Assembly (NCBI GenBank): GCA_037133055.1
Contig: JBAXOY010000017.1
Location: 1 to 36,647 of the forward strand
Source: Chlamydiota bacterium
GTDB lineage: Bacteria; Auribacterota; Tritonobacteria; UBA1439
Direction: 5' to 3'
DNA: 36,647 nucleotides
The notes under the pieces are model-generated. The model was given only the letters and a program-made list of their open reading frames with translations. It did no database searches and was not told where the DNA came from. The position numbers and the translations under genes are program-made. Below are positions 35,757-36,647 of the stretch, piece after piece. The stretch's first letter is position 1, and each line of letters opens with the position of its first letter.

Positions 35757-36494
35757 ATGGAAAATGCTCCTGCGGGCGAGATGCGAGGTCCGAACACACA
35801 ATCGGCGCAGGACGTGATCAAGTTCCCCCCCCTAATGCACCGGGAAGGTTCTATCGGTTACATAGAGAAAATGGTCATCGGCGCATTCCTGGTGATAAGC
35901 CGTCCGCGCCTCGTCATAGAGACGGGAACATTCAACGGAGACACAACCCGCTTCATCGCGGACTATATCGCCCTTAATCAACTCCCTGTCTGCCGGATTG
36001 TGACATTCGACATGCCGGAGATACTCCAGGCACTGCGAAAGTCGGATCCGTACTTCTCAAATCATCAGGAAATCGAATTCATTCCAGGCCTGCTTCCCCG
36101 GTCCCTTGAGCTCTTTCTCTCCTCAGTCGATCAGCCTGTAGATTTTGCGATTATCGACGCAACCCATGCCTATCTTCCTGTAATGCAGGAGCTGCTATTA
36201 ATTCACCCCCTCTTGAAAAAGGAGGGTTACATATATTGTCATGATTATCGGGAGCACGATCCGGACTACGAGGGGACAGTATGCGCTGTCGACCGGTTTG
36301 CCGCATCGCATCACTACGGGAAAATTGCGCTCAACTCCGTCGGTACGGTCTGGGGGAGTGCTCTTCTGAGAAAACCTTCTCAGCGCTATTCTACACTCCG
36401 GCATGCGTATTATTCCTATGCCCTGCGCACTTTCCCTTTCCTCCGCCGCCTGCACCCCAAAGGGCTAAGGGAAACACCCTCGCGCGCCGGCTAG
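35757..36494 (+). CDS. Class I SAM-dependent methyltransferase (Methyltransf_24-like)
   Basis: VIETGTFNG, TFD, DFAIIDATHAY, IYCHDY; lower GC; start uncertain. Confidence 0.82.
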   Translation: MENAPAGEMRGPNTQSAQDVIKFPPLMHREGSIGYIEKMVIGAFLVISRPRLVIETGTFNGDTTRFIADYIALNQLPVCRIVTFDMPEILQALRKSDPYFSNHQEIEFIPGLLPRSLELFLSSVDQPVDFAIIDATHAYLPVMQELLLIHPLLKKEGYIYCHDYREHDPDYEGTVCAVDRFAASHHYGKIALNSVGTVWGSALLRKPSQRYSTLRHAYYSYALRTFPFLRRLHPKGLRETPSRAG

Positions 36495-36570
36495 ATTCTG
36501 GTTGCAGCCCACGACGACCTCGACATACCCGTTCGGTTATGCATGCGTATCACCGGGGAAAGGGGTCAAC

Positions 36571-36631
36571 TCAGGTGATGAGCCAGCGCTCTTGGGGTCA
36601 GACCTTAACTATTAACTGGCTCATCACCTGA
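36571..36631. repeat. Perfect 16-bp hairpin whose loop carries a transposase end motif
   Basis: TCAGGTGATGAGCCAG (36571-36586) / CTGGCTCATCACCTGA (36616-36631); GGGGTCAGACCTTAACTATTAAC at 36594-36616. Confidence 0.9.
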
Positions 36632-36647
36632 ACCTGTCTCAAGGTAA

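Noticed and set aside
457..35801. Many long antisense or alternate-frame ORFs (e.g. 457..1962+, 7906..9696-, 23861..25648+, 28368..30029-, 34215..35801-)
   Set aside because: Shadow ORFs expected at high GC. They overlap motif-bearing genes and give Arg/Pro/Gly-rich translations with no recognisable motifs.
1..36647. tRNA or rRNA genes
   Set aside because: No cloverleaf/T-loop or rRNA signature seen in any intergenic gap.

Overview
This is a GC-rich bacterial window. Positions 1-31.9 kb form a large mosaic surface-glycan biosynthesis and modification locus arranged in several divergent operons. It holds about 11 GT4/GT2 glycosyltransferases, one internally deleted GT and one GT remnant. It also holds six radical-SAM enzymes (five SPASM/twitch-type, one B12-binding), an operon with split transketolase, GT2, DUF4915, sulfotransferase-like and NAD-epimerase genes, and an SxtK/SxtJ/carbamoyltransferase/SGNH-TPR module. 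Positions 32-36.6 kb hold sppA, rnhC (RNase HIII), two secreted hypothetical proteins and a methyltransferase. The most striking element is an HUH Y1 (RAYT-like) transposase with a DnaA-C-like HTH tail, bracketed by perfect 28-bp inverted repeats. The left repeat supplies the gene's -35 box and the right repeat supplies its stop codon. The same end motif also occurs in frame inside the neighbouring glycosyltransferase, in a tandem partial copy, and about 24 kb away in the loop of a perfect 16-bp hairpin. Several gene junctions carry short-period (7, 8, 10 or 15 bp) repeats. Near-consensus sigma70 promoters, including face-to-face -10 pairs and apparently leaderless genes, are visible. All calls come from reading motifs by eye; no searches were run.
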